From contig CAZECW010000003.1 in NCBI GenBank assembly GCA_964510585.1, positions 5,523-37,522 of the forward strand: DNA of 32,000 nucleotides. Reading direction: 5' to 3'. Position numbers and translations under genes: made by a program. The notes under the pieces are model-generated. The model had not been told where the DNA came from, ran no database searches, and saw nothing but the letters and a program-made list of their open reading frames with translations. Below, piece by piece: positions 1 to 8,558 of the stretch (position 1 is the first letter of the stretch; every line of letters starts with the position of its first letter). The stretch is from an uncultured archaeon. GTDB taxonomy: Archaea; Asgardarchaeota; Jordiarchaeia; Jordiarchaeales; Jordiarchaeaceae.

Positions 1-108
1 AGGAGGATTGAATGGTTCTAGCAGGTACCAGTCGATTCCGTATTCGCTTTCAACCATAACCAACCTTAGTTTCTGTCCCTTCAGTGGCTCTAACTCTAAA
101 ACTTCCAT
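1..108 (-). CDS. 5' fragment of an unknown protein running off the left edge (MEVLELEPLKGQKLRLVMVESEYGIDWYLLEPFNPP...)
   Basis: ATG at 108 on the minus strand, GGAGGG SD at 115-120, 36 open codons to the window edge, 31 nt downstream of the 140..784 gene. Not in the supplied ORF track; translated by hand. Confidence 0.7.
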   Translation of the reverse strand, partial: MEVLELEPLKGQKLRLVMVESEYGIDWYLLEPFNPP

Positions 109-139
109 TATTCGCCCTCCAAAATAATTTTTTAGTTTT

Positions 140-784
140 TTAGTGTACCAATTCAGTTTGCCTCACACTGGTAGCTGATCTCATCGGCAGAACTACCAAG
201 TCTGTTTCGCTCATTTGTTTTGCTAATTCATTGAATAGATTGGATGGGGTGATGTGTATGCAGGTTACTTCTTTTTCAGGCACTTCGCTGGCCAGGTCGA
301 TTAATTGTTTTATTATCCACCTGGCGGTTATCACAGTGTTCATGTATTCCTCTTTTCCGTCTGCTTCCTTCTCGTAGAATTCTATTAGGGATTTCAGGTT
401 TTGTGCCTTGTAGGTGCTCGCGTTTTTAGGGTTCTCAGAGAGGAATCTTTCCAATTCTTCCTTTAATTCTTCTATTTTTTCTCTTAGGTCATCTATTTCC
501 TGTTCCAAATATAGTCGGGCGTTTTGGGGTATTCCTAATCTGAAGAGTGGAACCCCTAACTCTCTGAATTCTTCCGTATTCACGCTCTGACCGTTAACGC
601 CAAACATGCAATCTTTGTCTGCAGTGATAAAGTCGGGATGATAGGTTAGAATAACGTTTAGTAAGGAGTTATCGGCCTGTTCGGTGAAGCAATCAGAATT
701 TTTGGAAGCCTGGGAATTTCCTTCTTCATACAATACCACCGTGAGGATTTTCCCACGCAATTTTTTAATTTCCAATTCTTCCAT
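140..784 (-). CDS. Hypothetical protein (214 aa), alpha/beta domain with a central coiled-coil insert
   Basis: ORF 140..820. ATG at 784 is preferred because GGAGG lies just upstream. Heptad-like segment LEQEIDDLREKIEELKEELERFL. No family recognised with confidence. Confidence 0.8.
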   Translation of the reverse strand: MEELEIKKLRGKILTVVLYEEGNSQASKNSDCFTEQADNSLLNVILTYHPDFITADKDCMFGVNGQSVNTEEFRELGVPLFRLGIPQNARLYLEQEIDDLREKIEELKEELERFLSENPKNASTYKAQNLKSLIEFYEKEADGKEEYMNTVITARWIIKQLIDLASEVPEKEVTCIHITPSNLFNELAKQMSETDLVVLPMRSATSVRQTELVH

Positions 785-835
785 CTTTTTCCTTCCTCCA
801 TTTATTCTCTGGTTAAACAATAGAAGGATGTTAGG

Positions 836-843
836 ATTTAAAA
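836..843 (-). promoter_or_regulatory. Candidate TATA box (TTTTAAAT) for the leftward operon
   Basis: AT-rich box about 50 nt upstream of the ATG at 784; position fits an archaeal promoter with a short leader. Confidence 0.4.
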
Positions 844-872
844 CTAATCTTAACTTGTCTTTTCTGAATTAT

Positions 873-888
873 GACAATTTTAATTGTC
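873..888. promoter_or_regulatory. Palindromic operator candidate GACAATT-TT-AATTGTC (GACAA-N6-TTGTC)
   Basis: Perfect 7-bp inverted repeat; same core and spacing as the site at 1028-1047. Confidence 0.65.
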
Positions 889-1027
889 TTGAAAATTGTT
901 GTATAGTTTGAATAAAAAGAGGAAAATTCATTTTTTTTGACAATTAAATTTTATTCCAAAAATTGTCTGGCAAGTCAATTTTATTAATCCAGTTACGATA
1001 GCCATTAAGACAATAAGAATGATGTAT

Positions 1028-1047
1028 TTGACAAATATAATTGTCAA
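1028..1047. promoter_or_regulatory. Palindromic operator candidate TTGACAA-ATATAA-TTGTCAA (GACAA-N6-TTGTC)
   Basis: Perfect 7-bp inverted repeat ending 16 nt upstream of the TATA candidate at 1064; matches 873-888. Confidence 0.65.
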
Positions 1048-1063
1048 TTTTAATTTACGAAAA

Positions 1064-1073
1064 TTTTTATTAA
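1064..1073 (+). promoter_or_regulatory. Candidate TATA box (TTTTTATTAA) for the hdrA-mvhD/mvhG/mvhA operon
   Basis: About 25-30 nt upstream of TTG 1096 / GTG 1099, compatible with a leaderless or short-leader transcript. Confidence 0.45.
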
Positions 1074-1095
1074 CCAATAAACTCTCCTTGATAAA

Positions 1096-3645
1096 TTGGT
1101 GAAAAAATATAACGCAGTGACACAGATGGACTTATATAATGTTTTAGGCCACCCTCTCAGAAGAAAAATCCTCCTATTATTAGAAAAAGAGGGTTACATG
1201 CAGTACTCAGATCTTCTCAAGGAGCTCAACATTGAAACAACGGGACAGTTGAATTTTCACCTCACAAAGCTGGGGAACCTAATTACCAAAGAGGGAAAGG
1301 CTTACAAGCTCTCGGAAGAAGGAAAAACGGTCATCAAAATAATGGAGTTAAATGAGAAGATTCTCTCAGGTGAAGAGATAGAAAGAATCGAGTCTCGAAA
1401 AACTGAGTTAAGCCGCGTGGGGATACTTATCTGTACCTGTGGTTCAGAGATTGAGCAGTCAATTAGTGTTGAGGCTTTGAAGAACCGTGTGTCTCGCATA
1501 AATAATGTGGTGTCCGTTGCGGTTTTTGATAATCTTTGTCAGGAGAAGAATCAGAAGAAGATTCAGAAATGGTTTAAGGACAATTTCATAAATAAGGTGG
1601 TTATTGCTGCCTGCAGTCCTCGTACGCACTCTCATATATTTAACCGCATATTTGAGAATCTTATACCCATAACAAACATTGATTTTGCTAATATTAGGGA
1701 GCAATTATGCTGGGTGAATTCTAAAAAGCCTGTTGAAGCCTTGGAAAAAGCGGGGTTACTCATTGAGGCTGCTGTGGAGAGGGTTATCCTTCAAAGAGAG
1801 ATTAAAACCAAAACTGTTGAGGTTCAAAAAAGCGTGGCTGTTATTGGTGGGGGCATTGCGGGTATGAATTTGGCTTTAAAGTTGGCGGAGGCCGGGTTGA
1901 AAGTTTATCTTATTGAAAAGTCGCCTACTCTGGGGGGGAAGGTTGCAAGGTGGAGCAAGATTGAGGGCGTCCTAGACTGCGCATCCTGTTTCCTCTCGGA
2001 ACAGATTCTGTATTTGGTGCAGGAGAAAAATATTGAGATTCTCACCAATACTGAAATTCTATCCGTTTCTGGAAATGCGGGGAACTTCACCATTGAATTG
2101 GTTCGCAAGCCACGTTACGTGGATGAAAATAAGTGTACTGGTTGTAAACGGTGTATGAGTATATGCACTATTACTAAGAAAAACGAGTATGAGTACGGTT
2201 TGGATGAGAGGAAGCTAATCTACATTCCCTTTGTTCAGGCCTATCCTTATGCGGCGACCATAGATGAGGAGGATATTGAGAAATGTAGAGAATGCCGGGT
2301 CTGTGAAAGAGCCTGTCTAAATAAAGCCATAAATCTGGATCAGAAGCCTACAACAATGACCATAAAGGTTGGGGCAAAAGTTCTGGCAATTGGCTCCGAC
2401 CTTTACCAAGACTTAAAGCTTTATAATCATAACCCGCGTTGGGACATCGTCACCTCTGCGGAGTTTGAGAGAATTCTTGCCTCTGACGGTCCCACACAGG
2501 GCAATCTTGTAAAACTTTCTGATGGCAAGGCGCCGCAAAAAATTGTAATTATTCAGGGTGTGGGCGATTACAGTCTTAGTTCCGATTACTGTTACATACT
2601 GTCCAGAAAGTATCTAGAAGCGATTCGGGAGAAGCTTCCCAGCTGCGAAGTTAAAGTTTTTATAGAGAACAGTAAGAGCGCTGCAAATAGGTTGGCACTC
2701 GCTAACCTGCCGGAAACTGTTCATACTGGCAAAGTATTAGGGATAAAAGTGGAGGGCGAAAGGAAAGTGATAAGTACTGAGAGGGGAGACTTTGAATCAG
2801 ACATGGTTATTCTAAACATAGGTATGGTTCCAAGTAGGGAGCTGGCTGAGCTTCGCAAAACTTTGGATTTCGCTTTTGATGATAAGGGTTTTATGTCCAA
2901 AGAGACACTGAGCTCAGGGATTTTTGGGTGTGGGACTGTTACCGGGCCTAAAGATTATCACACGGCTATAGCGGAATCTAATGAAGTAGCTCTTCAAATA
3001 ATTTCTCTATTATCAAGGGATTATTTACTTGCAGACATTAGCGGTATAGATATTGACTATGATAAGTGTGGTTTATGCGGTTTGTGTATGTCTGTCTGCC
3101 CCTTTAACGCTATATCCTGTGAAGACGACAGGATTACCATTGACGATTTCAAGTGTAAGGGCTGCGGAGTCTGCGTAAGCATTTGCCCCACAAAGGCATT
3201 GGAGATGAATGTGATAACAAGAGAAAAGATTCTCAGATCCATAGAAGTTTATAGCAAGTATAGCCACAAACCCAAAATTATGGCTTTTTGCTGTGAGCAT
3301 TGCGGGTATGCGGCGGCGGATGAGGCGGGCCTAAGGAAAATACAGTACCATCCCAATATTTTCGTTGAAATGGTTCCCTGTACTGGTAGAGTGGACACCG
3401 AGTTTATTTTAAAGGCGTTGGAAAAAGGATTCGATGGGGTGCTAGTTGTAGGGTGTAAGTATGGCTCATGCAGGTACATAGATGGAATCAACAAGTTGGA
3501 GAAAAAAATCAAAATACTGAAAGATGTGGGAATTCCCCAAATAGAGGATAGACTGGTTCTTTCATCGCTAAACGCGGTGGAAGGCTACAGGTTCGCAGAG
3601 ATAGTGAACCTAATGCAGAATAAATTGTCGGAGATGATGATGTGA
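1096..3645 (+). CDS. hdrA: Fusion protein: N-terminal winged HTH (ArsR-like) + HdrA-like FAD/Fe-S protein + C-terminal MvhD [2Fe-2S] domain
   Basis: HTH: LGHPLRRKILLLL...YSDLLKEL...GQLNFHLTKL. HdrA N-domain: ICTCG, AACSPRTH, ANIREQ. FAD motif GGGIAG, DCASC, inserted ferredoxin CTGCKRCMSIC/CRECRVCERAC, GPKD, second ferredoxin CGLCGLCMSVCP/CKGCGVCVSICP. MvhD: FCCEHCGYAAAD, PCTGRVD, GCKYGSCRY. Start uncertain (1096 TTG, 1099 GTG or 1126 ATG). Confidence 0.9.
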   Translation: MVKKYNAVTQMDLYNVLGHPLRRKILLLLEKEGYMQYSDLLKELNIETTGQLNFHLTKLGNLITKEGKAYKLSEEGKTVIKIMELNEKILSGEEIERIESRKTELSRVGILICTCGSEIEQSISVEALKNRVSRINNVVSVAVFDNLCQEKNQKKIQKWFKDNFINKVVIAACSPRTHSHIFNRIFENLIPITNIDFANIREQLCWVNSKKPVEALEKAGLLIEAAVERVILQREIKTKTVEVQKSVAVIGGGIAGMNLALKLAEAGLKVYLIEKSPTLGGKVARWSKIEGVLDCASCFLSEQILYLVQEKNIEILTNTEILSVSGNAGNFTIELVRKPRYVDENKCTGCKRCMSICTITKKNEYEYGLDERKLIYIPFVQAYPYAATIDEEDIEKCRECRVCERACLNKAINLDQKPTTMTIKVGAKVLAIGSDLYQDLKLYNHNPRWDIVTSAEFERILASDGPTQGNLVKLSDGKAPQKIVIIQGVGDYSLSSDYCYILSRKYLEAIREKLPSCEVKVFIENSKSAANRLALANLPETVHTGKVLGIKVEGERKVISTERGDFESDMVILNIGMVPSRELAELRKTLDFAFDDKGFMSKETLSSGIFGCGTVTGPKDYHTAIAESNEVALQIISLLSRDYLLADISGIDIDYDKCGLCGLCMSVCPFNAISCEDDRITIDDFKCKGCGVCVSICPTKALEMNVITREKILRSIEVYSKYSHKPKIMAFCCEHCGYAAADEAGLRKIQYHPNIFVEMVPCTGRVDTEFILKALEKGFDGVLVVGCKYGSCRYIDGINKLEKKIKILKDVGIPQIEDRLVLSSLNAVEGYRFAEIVNLMQNKLSEMMM

Positions 3646-4400
3646 AACTAAAATTTTCAGCAATCTCCCTTAACTCTTGCAACGGTTGCATCTCCACCCT
3701 TACCTGTCTAGATGTTTTCCTCAACCTTGTAAAATCCGCGGAAATAGTATACTTCCCCTTTGTTGAGGACTCCTACCCCGCCACAATAAAGGAAGACGAA
3801 GAACTAAAATATTCTGACGTTACCCTTGTTGAGGGATGTGTTACCCAGAAGGATGAAGAAATATTACTGAAAAAGCTGCGAAAAGCATCCAAAAAAATAA
3901 TTGCACTCGGCGCCTGCGCTATGTTTGGGGGGATAGAAAGCCTATCACAGAATGCTCGAAGGGACCCTCTCTCTAAAATCATAGAAATCGATGGATGTAT
4001 ACCGGGTTGCCCCCCACCTGAAAATGTTCTGGGAGCATCTATACTTTCACTAATTGAGGGCAGGAATCTTCCCGAAGCAAGCAGGAATCTCTGTGCAGTT
4101 TGCGATTTGAGGCCCAAACTGGAAAAATTCAAAACAATCCGTATAGAGAAATTACAACCCCAAAAGTTTCCCACCAGCTGTTTCCTCGACGAAAACGTGC
4201 TCTGTTTAGGTCCGGTGACCCGTGAAGGATGCGATGCAAAGTGTATCAAAGTGGGGCTGCCCTGTGAGGGGTGTATGGGGCCTCCCAACGGTTTAGACTA
4301 TACTGCTAATGTAATCAACTTCCTCTCAACACTGGAATTATCAGAAAAGTTGAGAACTTATGAAGGAATTATTTTTAGGCTTCGCCGCCCAAGGACGTGA
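3642..4400 (+). CDS. mvhG: [NiFe] hydrogenase small subunit, MvhG/group 3 type
   Basis: SCNGC, EG, GACAMFGG, IPGCPP, CAVC, CFL, CLGPVTREGCDAKC, PCEGCMG; no Tat leader. GTG start overlaps the upstream TGA. Confidence 0.88.
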   Translation: MKLKFSAISLNSCNGCISTLTCLDVFLNLVKSAEIVYFPFVEDSYPATIKEDEELKYSDVTLVEGCVTQKDEEILLKKLRKASKKIIALGACAMFGGIESLSQNARRDPLSKIIEIDGCIPGCPPPENVLGASILSLIEGRNLPEASRNLCAVCDLRPKLEKFKTIRIEKLQPQKFPTSCFLDENVLCLGPVTREGCDAKCIKVGLPCEGCMGPPNGLDYTANVINFLSTLELSEKLRTYEGIIFRLRRPRT

Positions 4401-4406
4401 AATGGA

Positions 4407-5738
4407 ATGAAGAAAATTATTGAACCGGTTACAAGAATTGAGGGACACGGGAAAATAACAGTATACCTTAATGATAAGGAAGTCTCCAACGCTAATTTTG
4501 ACATGTATCTACCTCGAGGATTCGAAAAAATTTTAGTGGGAAAATTGGTGGAAGATGTTCCCAGAATCACATCCCGAATATGTGGACTCTGCTCCTCAGC
4601 ACACGCAATAGCAGCCTGCAAAGCATTGGAAAAAATATATGACGTTACCCCATCTAAATCCTCCATTCTTATGAGAAAACTCCTCCTTGCCGGAGAGCTT
4701 ATAAGATCCCATGCATTGCACTTCTTTTACTTTGCACTTCCCGACCTAAAAGCATTGATAGAAAATGATTATGAAAGGTATAGTGTCCAACAGTTCTCAA
4801 AAATAGAAACAGACCTAGTTGAAAAATTGTTCAGAGTAATTAGAATTGGAAATGAGCTCCTAGACCGCATTGGGGGAAGGGTACCCCACCCAGTAACCAG
4901 CGTAGTGGGCGGAATCTCTAAAAAATTAACAGAAAAAGAAGTGGTAGGACTACAGTCTAACCTTAGAAGAGGCGCCAGCACAGTGAGAGGAATAATAGAG
5001 AAACTATTAGAGTACATGGGTAAGATTGGTGAGCCGCAAGAATTCTTCAACATGGACGAAACAGCATTTATGGCACTAAATGAAGGCGGCAACTTCAACC
5101 TATATGAAGGAAAACTCCGCATCACCAAAGAAAAAAAGATTCTGGCAGACTTCGAACCAGAACAATACACCAAATACATAGAAATTGAGAAAAAATCACA
5201 GGGAATCCAAATTAAACTTAACGGAGAAAAGCTAGTATTAACCGGGCCCATGGCCAGAAACCAAATAATCGAGAGATACGGGGCCTACGAAGTACACAGC
5301 TTGATGGAAGAAGTGCCCACCAGCTGGAAGGAAAGCCTTCTTTACTCAAACTTTCTCAGACTCATAGAAATACTTGCCTCGATATACGATGCAATACTCA
5401 TACTCAACGAGCCAGAACTAATGGAAGAACGAGAACTTCCCCAACTCAACAAAATCGCCACACCAATAGGCATCGGAGTGGTAGAAGCACCCAGAGGAAC
5501 ACTAATACACCAGTACAAAGTAAACACTAAAAACACAGTTGAATCAGCAACCATCATCACCCCCACAGAACTCAACCTCCCCACCATCAACCAAAAATTA
5601 CTAGAAACATGCAGAGACAGCTACCAAAACACACAAAACATAGAGAAACTAAAAGAAAACGCAAAAAGAGTCATAAGAACATTCGACCCCTGCGTCTCAT
5701 GCGCAACCCACCTAATCGTCAAAATAATCCACCAATAA
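4407..5738 (+). CDS. mvhA: [NiFe] hydrogenase large subunit, MvhA/group 3c-like
   Basis: TRIEGHG, L1 RICGLCSSAH, EAPRGTLIH, L2 DPCVSCATH plus an 8-aa C-terminal extension. The subgroup call rests on the adjacent MvhD and HdrA domains. Confidence 0.9.
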   Translation: MKKIIEPVTRIEGHGKITVYLNDKEVSNANFDMYLPRGFEKILVGKLVEDVPRITSRICGLCSSAHAIAACKALEKIYDVTPSKSSILMRKLLLAGELIRSHALHFFYFALPDLKALIENDYERYSVQQFSKIETDLVEKLFRVIRIGNELLDRIGGRVPHPVTSVVGGISKKLTEKEVVGLQSNLRRGASTVRGIIEKLLEYMGKIGEPQEFFNMDETAFMALNEGGNFNLYEGKLRITKEKKILADFEPEQYTKYIEIEKKSQGIQIKLNGEKLVLTGPMARNQIIERYGAYEVHSLMEEVPTSWKESLLYSNFLRLIEILASIYDAILILNEPELMEERELPQLNKIATPIGIGVVEAPRGTLIHQYKVNTKNTVESATIITPTELNLPTINQKLLETCRDSYQNTQNIEKLKENAKRVIRTFDPCVSCATHLIVKIIHQ

Positions 5739-6033
5739 AATAACCACAGAAAGATTTCATCTCAAACAATGACACCTCAAAACACTTTTAAGATGGAAAA
5801 AATAAAAATTCAAGCATCCAAGACGGACACCAGCACCTCCAAGGCTTATGCAGCTTTATGCGTAACAGTATGGAGAGAGCTTGAGGTCCTCGGTAAAATA
5901 CGCTATTTGGTCTATAACGAAGTGAAATTCAAATTCAACACAAGCCTACATCGAACAAAATATTACATAATTAGTTATTTCGATATTGTCTTTTATACAA
6001 AGGTTTATTTTTTATTTCCACGAAAAGAAGGTT

Positions 6034-8370
6034 ATGATAACGAATCCTGATGAGTATTTGTTGAGGAGTGATAAGTGGTTCGTAGGTGGAGGAACCGCTG
6101 CTTTATGGGCTCCCTGTTTCCCGCTACATCTCGATACCTTAGGGTTTTGGGATTATGGCTACTACCTAGATCAGAAACTTCCACACATATTCACGATAAC
6201 CGTGTTAGATGAGCAGTTAAATCCTATAAACTTTAACGTAATTGAGCGAGTTTGGAGACCAAGCAGTCTCTCTCAGAAGTTCGTGGCTGAAGACCTTAGC
6301 ATTGAGGAGAACAAACTTCTAACACCTACCAATGTGTTTGTTTCCCAAATGGATGTAGTAAACAATGGGAACAAGGATAAGCGTTATCACTTCATAATGT
6401 GGACAAAGCTGGATCGTAGACCCCCGAAACTAATGCCCATCAGATTAACTTACCCATTTGACTATGAAGGACTGACCTATACTAATCCTAAAATTATAAA
6501 TAATACTGCTGTTTTTTCTCAGGAGGAGCTACATACAAACAGTGAATGCAATTACCAAGTGTGGTACGCCCTGGGAGCAAAGGAAAAACTGGATTCTTAC
6601 ACCATAAATTTAAGTGAAAATTTCCACATCAGCCTGGGCTCTCTAGAAGACCGACCACTATGGATAGTTACCCCCTTCCCAGAGAAGATTTCTGATGGAA
6701 AATTTAAGAATGAGGATATTCCTGAAAAACCTTTTAGCGAGTTTGGTAGCATCTATGTGGGCCTCCATTACACCATTGACCTGCAGCCAGAGTTCCACAA
6801 ATATACTTGGTTTGCTTGCAGCGTGTCCCATGATAAGGACAAGTGTTTAAATAATCTTAAAGAACTTCAAGACAAGGATCCTCTTAAATTAAGCCGGCAG
6901 AACTGGAAAGATTTTTTCAACAGTGTACCAAGCTTCGAGTGCTCAGACCCTTATATCACCAAATATTATTGGTACCGCTGGTACGGTTTAAAACTAAACA
7001 TGATAAATGTTGGCGAAAATAACCACAAGTATCCTATCATATATGAGGGGATAGGGGAGAGAGATGGAGGCTGGTTCCGACACCATATTTCATACAGTGC
7101 CCAGTGTCACATGATTGAGTGCTCCTGGATGCATGAACCCTTAGTGGCGAAGGGTTCATTGCTTGGACTTCTATCAAATATCCATAAAAACGGAGCAATA
7201 CCTGGGGGAGTGGGTTTCAAGGGAAAAACAGATGACTGGTTCATCTATCATGCAAATTATGCAAAGGGAATTTTACAAATATACCAGATACACCCCGATA
7301 TTCAATTTTTTGAACAGATTTATCAGCCTCTCGCCAAGTACGCTAAATATTTCGACAGGCAGCGAGACCAGGAGAATAGTAGTCTTTACGATGTAACTCA
7401 GCAGTACGAAACTGGTCAAGAGTATAATGCACGCTACCTGTTTGCCGAAGAAAATGCTGATAGGGATGTTACGTTTAGGCTAAAAGGTATCGACGCTACA
7501 ACTTATATTTACGAGTTAAAGAAACTCTTAGCGTTTATGGCGCAGGCGCTGGGGAAAAAGGAGGAGAGTGAAAGGTGGGCTGTTGAGGCTAAAAAAATTA
7601 AGGAGAATATTTTAAAGTTTATGTGGAATCCGGAGGAACAGTTCTTCTTTGATGTGAAACCAGAAACCTTTGAACCTTCAAATGTCAAGGCAGCAGTTTG
7701 TTTCTATCCCTTTATGACCGATATAGTGGATTCTAAGCACTTAGGCGCTATATACAAACATCTCTTAAATCCAGAAGAGTTTTGGACTTCCTATCCGGTG
7801 GCCACACTTGGCAAAGACCATCCTCTTTTTAATCCTGAGGCCGAATGGAAGGGAATTCGAAAATACTGTCCTTGGAATGGCCGAGTCTGGCCTATGACCA
7901 ACAGCCACATATGTGACGTTCTGGCACGAACCGCTTACCACATAGATAACTCTCTTAAAAGCAAGACGGCCCAATTTCTAAACAAATTTATTCGAATGAT
8001 GTTCTTCCAAGAGAATCCAGAATTACCAAATTGCTATGAGCACTACAATCCCTTTACAGGTTACCCCAGCAGCTACAGGGGCGTTGACGACTATATGCAT
8101 TCCTGGATTGTTGATTTAATCATAAAATATATAGTGGGGTTCCAGCCTCAAACGGAAAACGAGGTGGTTCTCGACCCACTACCATTCGACCTTGAATACT
8201 TCACCCTCAACAACTTGCTCTATAAGGGACACAAAATAAAAGTCACATGGAGAAGGAAAAAAATTGACAAAGAAAAAGAAGGATTCTGCCTCTACATTGA
8301 CAATAGACTAGTAGCTAAGAAAACACAACTTGAAAAAATTAGATTAAAATTAAATAATCAAAAACAATAG
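6034..8370 (+). CDS. Glycoside hydrolase, GH63/MGH1-like (alpha/alpha)6-barrel family (778 aa)
   Basis: ETGQEYNARY, GIDATTY, FFFDV, EEFWTSYPVATL, WNGRVWPMTN, YEHYNPFTG. ATG 6034 preferred over 5986 (GAAGGT just upstream). Substrate unknown. Confidence 0.7.
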   Translation: MITNPDEYLLRSDKWFVGGGTAALWAPCFPLHLDTLGFWDYGYYLDQKLPHIFTITVLDEQLNPINFNVIERVWRPSSLSQKFVAEDLSIEENKLLTPTNVFVSQMDVVNNGNKDKRYHFIMWTKLDRRPPKLMPIRLTYPFDYEGLTYTNPKIINNTAVFSQEELHTNSECNYQVWYALGAKEKLDSYTINLSENFHISLGSLEDRPLWIVTPFPEKISDGKFKNEDIPEKPFSEFGSIYVGLHYTIDLQPEFHKYTWFACSVSHDKDKCLNNLKELQDKDPLKLSRQNWKDFFNSVPSFECSDPYITKYYWYRWYGLKLNMINVGENNHKYPIIYEGIGERDGGWFRHHISYSAQCHMIECSWMHEPLVAKGSLLGLLSNIHKNGAIPGGVGFKGKTDDWFIYHANYAKGILQIYQIHPDIQFFEQIYQPLAKYAKYFDRQRDQENSSLYDVTQQYETGQEYNARYLFAEENADRDVTFRLKGIDATTYIYELKKLLAFMAQALGKKEESERWAVEAKKIKENILKFMWNPEEQFFFDVKPETFEPSNVKAAVCFYPFMTDIVDSKHLGAIYKHLLNPEEFWTSYPVATLGKDHPLFNPEAEWKGIRKYCPWNGRVWPMTNSHICDVLARTAYHIDNSLKSKTAQFLNKFIRMMFFQENPELPNCYEHYNPFTGYPSSYRGVDDYMHSWIVDLIIKYIVGFQPQTENEVVLDPLPFDLEYFTLNNLLYKGHKIKVTWRRKKIDKEKEGFCLYIDNRLVAKKTQLEKIRLKLNNQKQ

Positions 8371-8558
8371 ACAAACTTATTCTTCCTCATTCCCAATAGT
8401 TTTTAAGAATCTTAACTGGAGAAAAGGGGGGGTTCACTCTTTTTTGATGGTTAGTGGCTTGGTTTTCAAAGGTCGGTGGGTTGTTGATGCTTATTTTTTT
8501 TCGTTTTGCTTTTTTTCATTTTTTTGGGTTCTTGTCTATTTTTCCCTATTTTTTGTTT

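Noticed and set aside
3640-3645. TGA ending the HdrA-MvhD ORF as possible selenocysteine read-through
   Set aside because: The MvhD domain is already complete, mvhG starts in another frame overlapping the stop, and the positions that are Sec in some HdrA/VhuD/VhuU proteins are ordinary Cys codons here.
5769-6050. 93-aa ORF between mvhA and the glycoside hydrolase
   Set aside because: No recognisable motif or SD; it overlaps the real start at 6034 in another frame.
8403-8415. Palindrome TTAAGA-A-TCTTAA in the convergent gap
   Set aside because: Short, AT-only, single copy, and not needed to explain termination (T-tracts are nearby).
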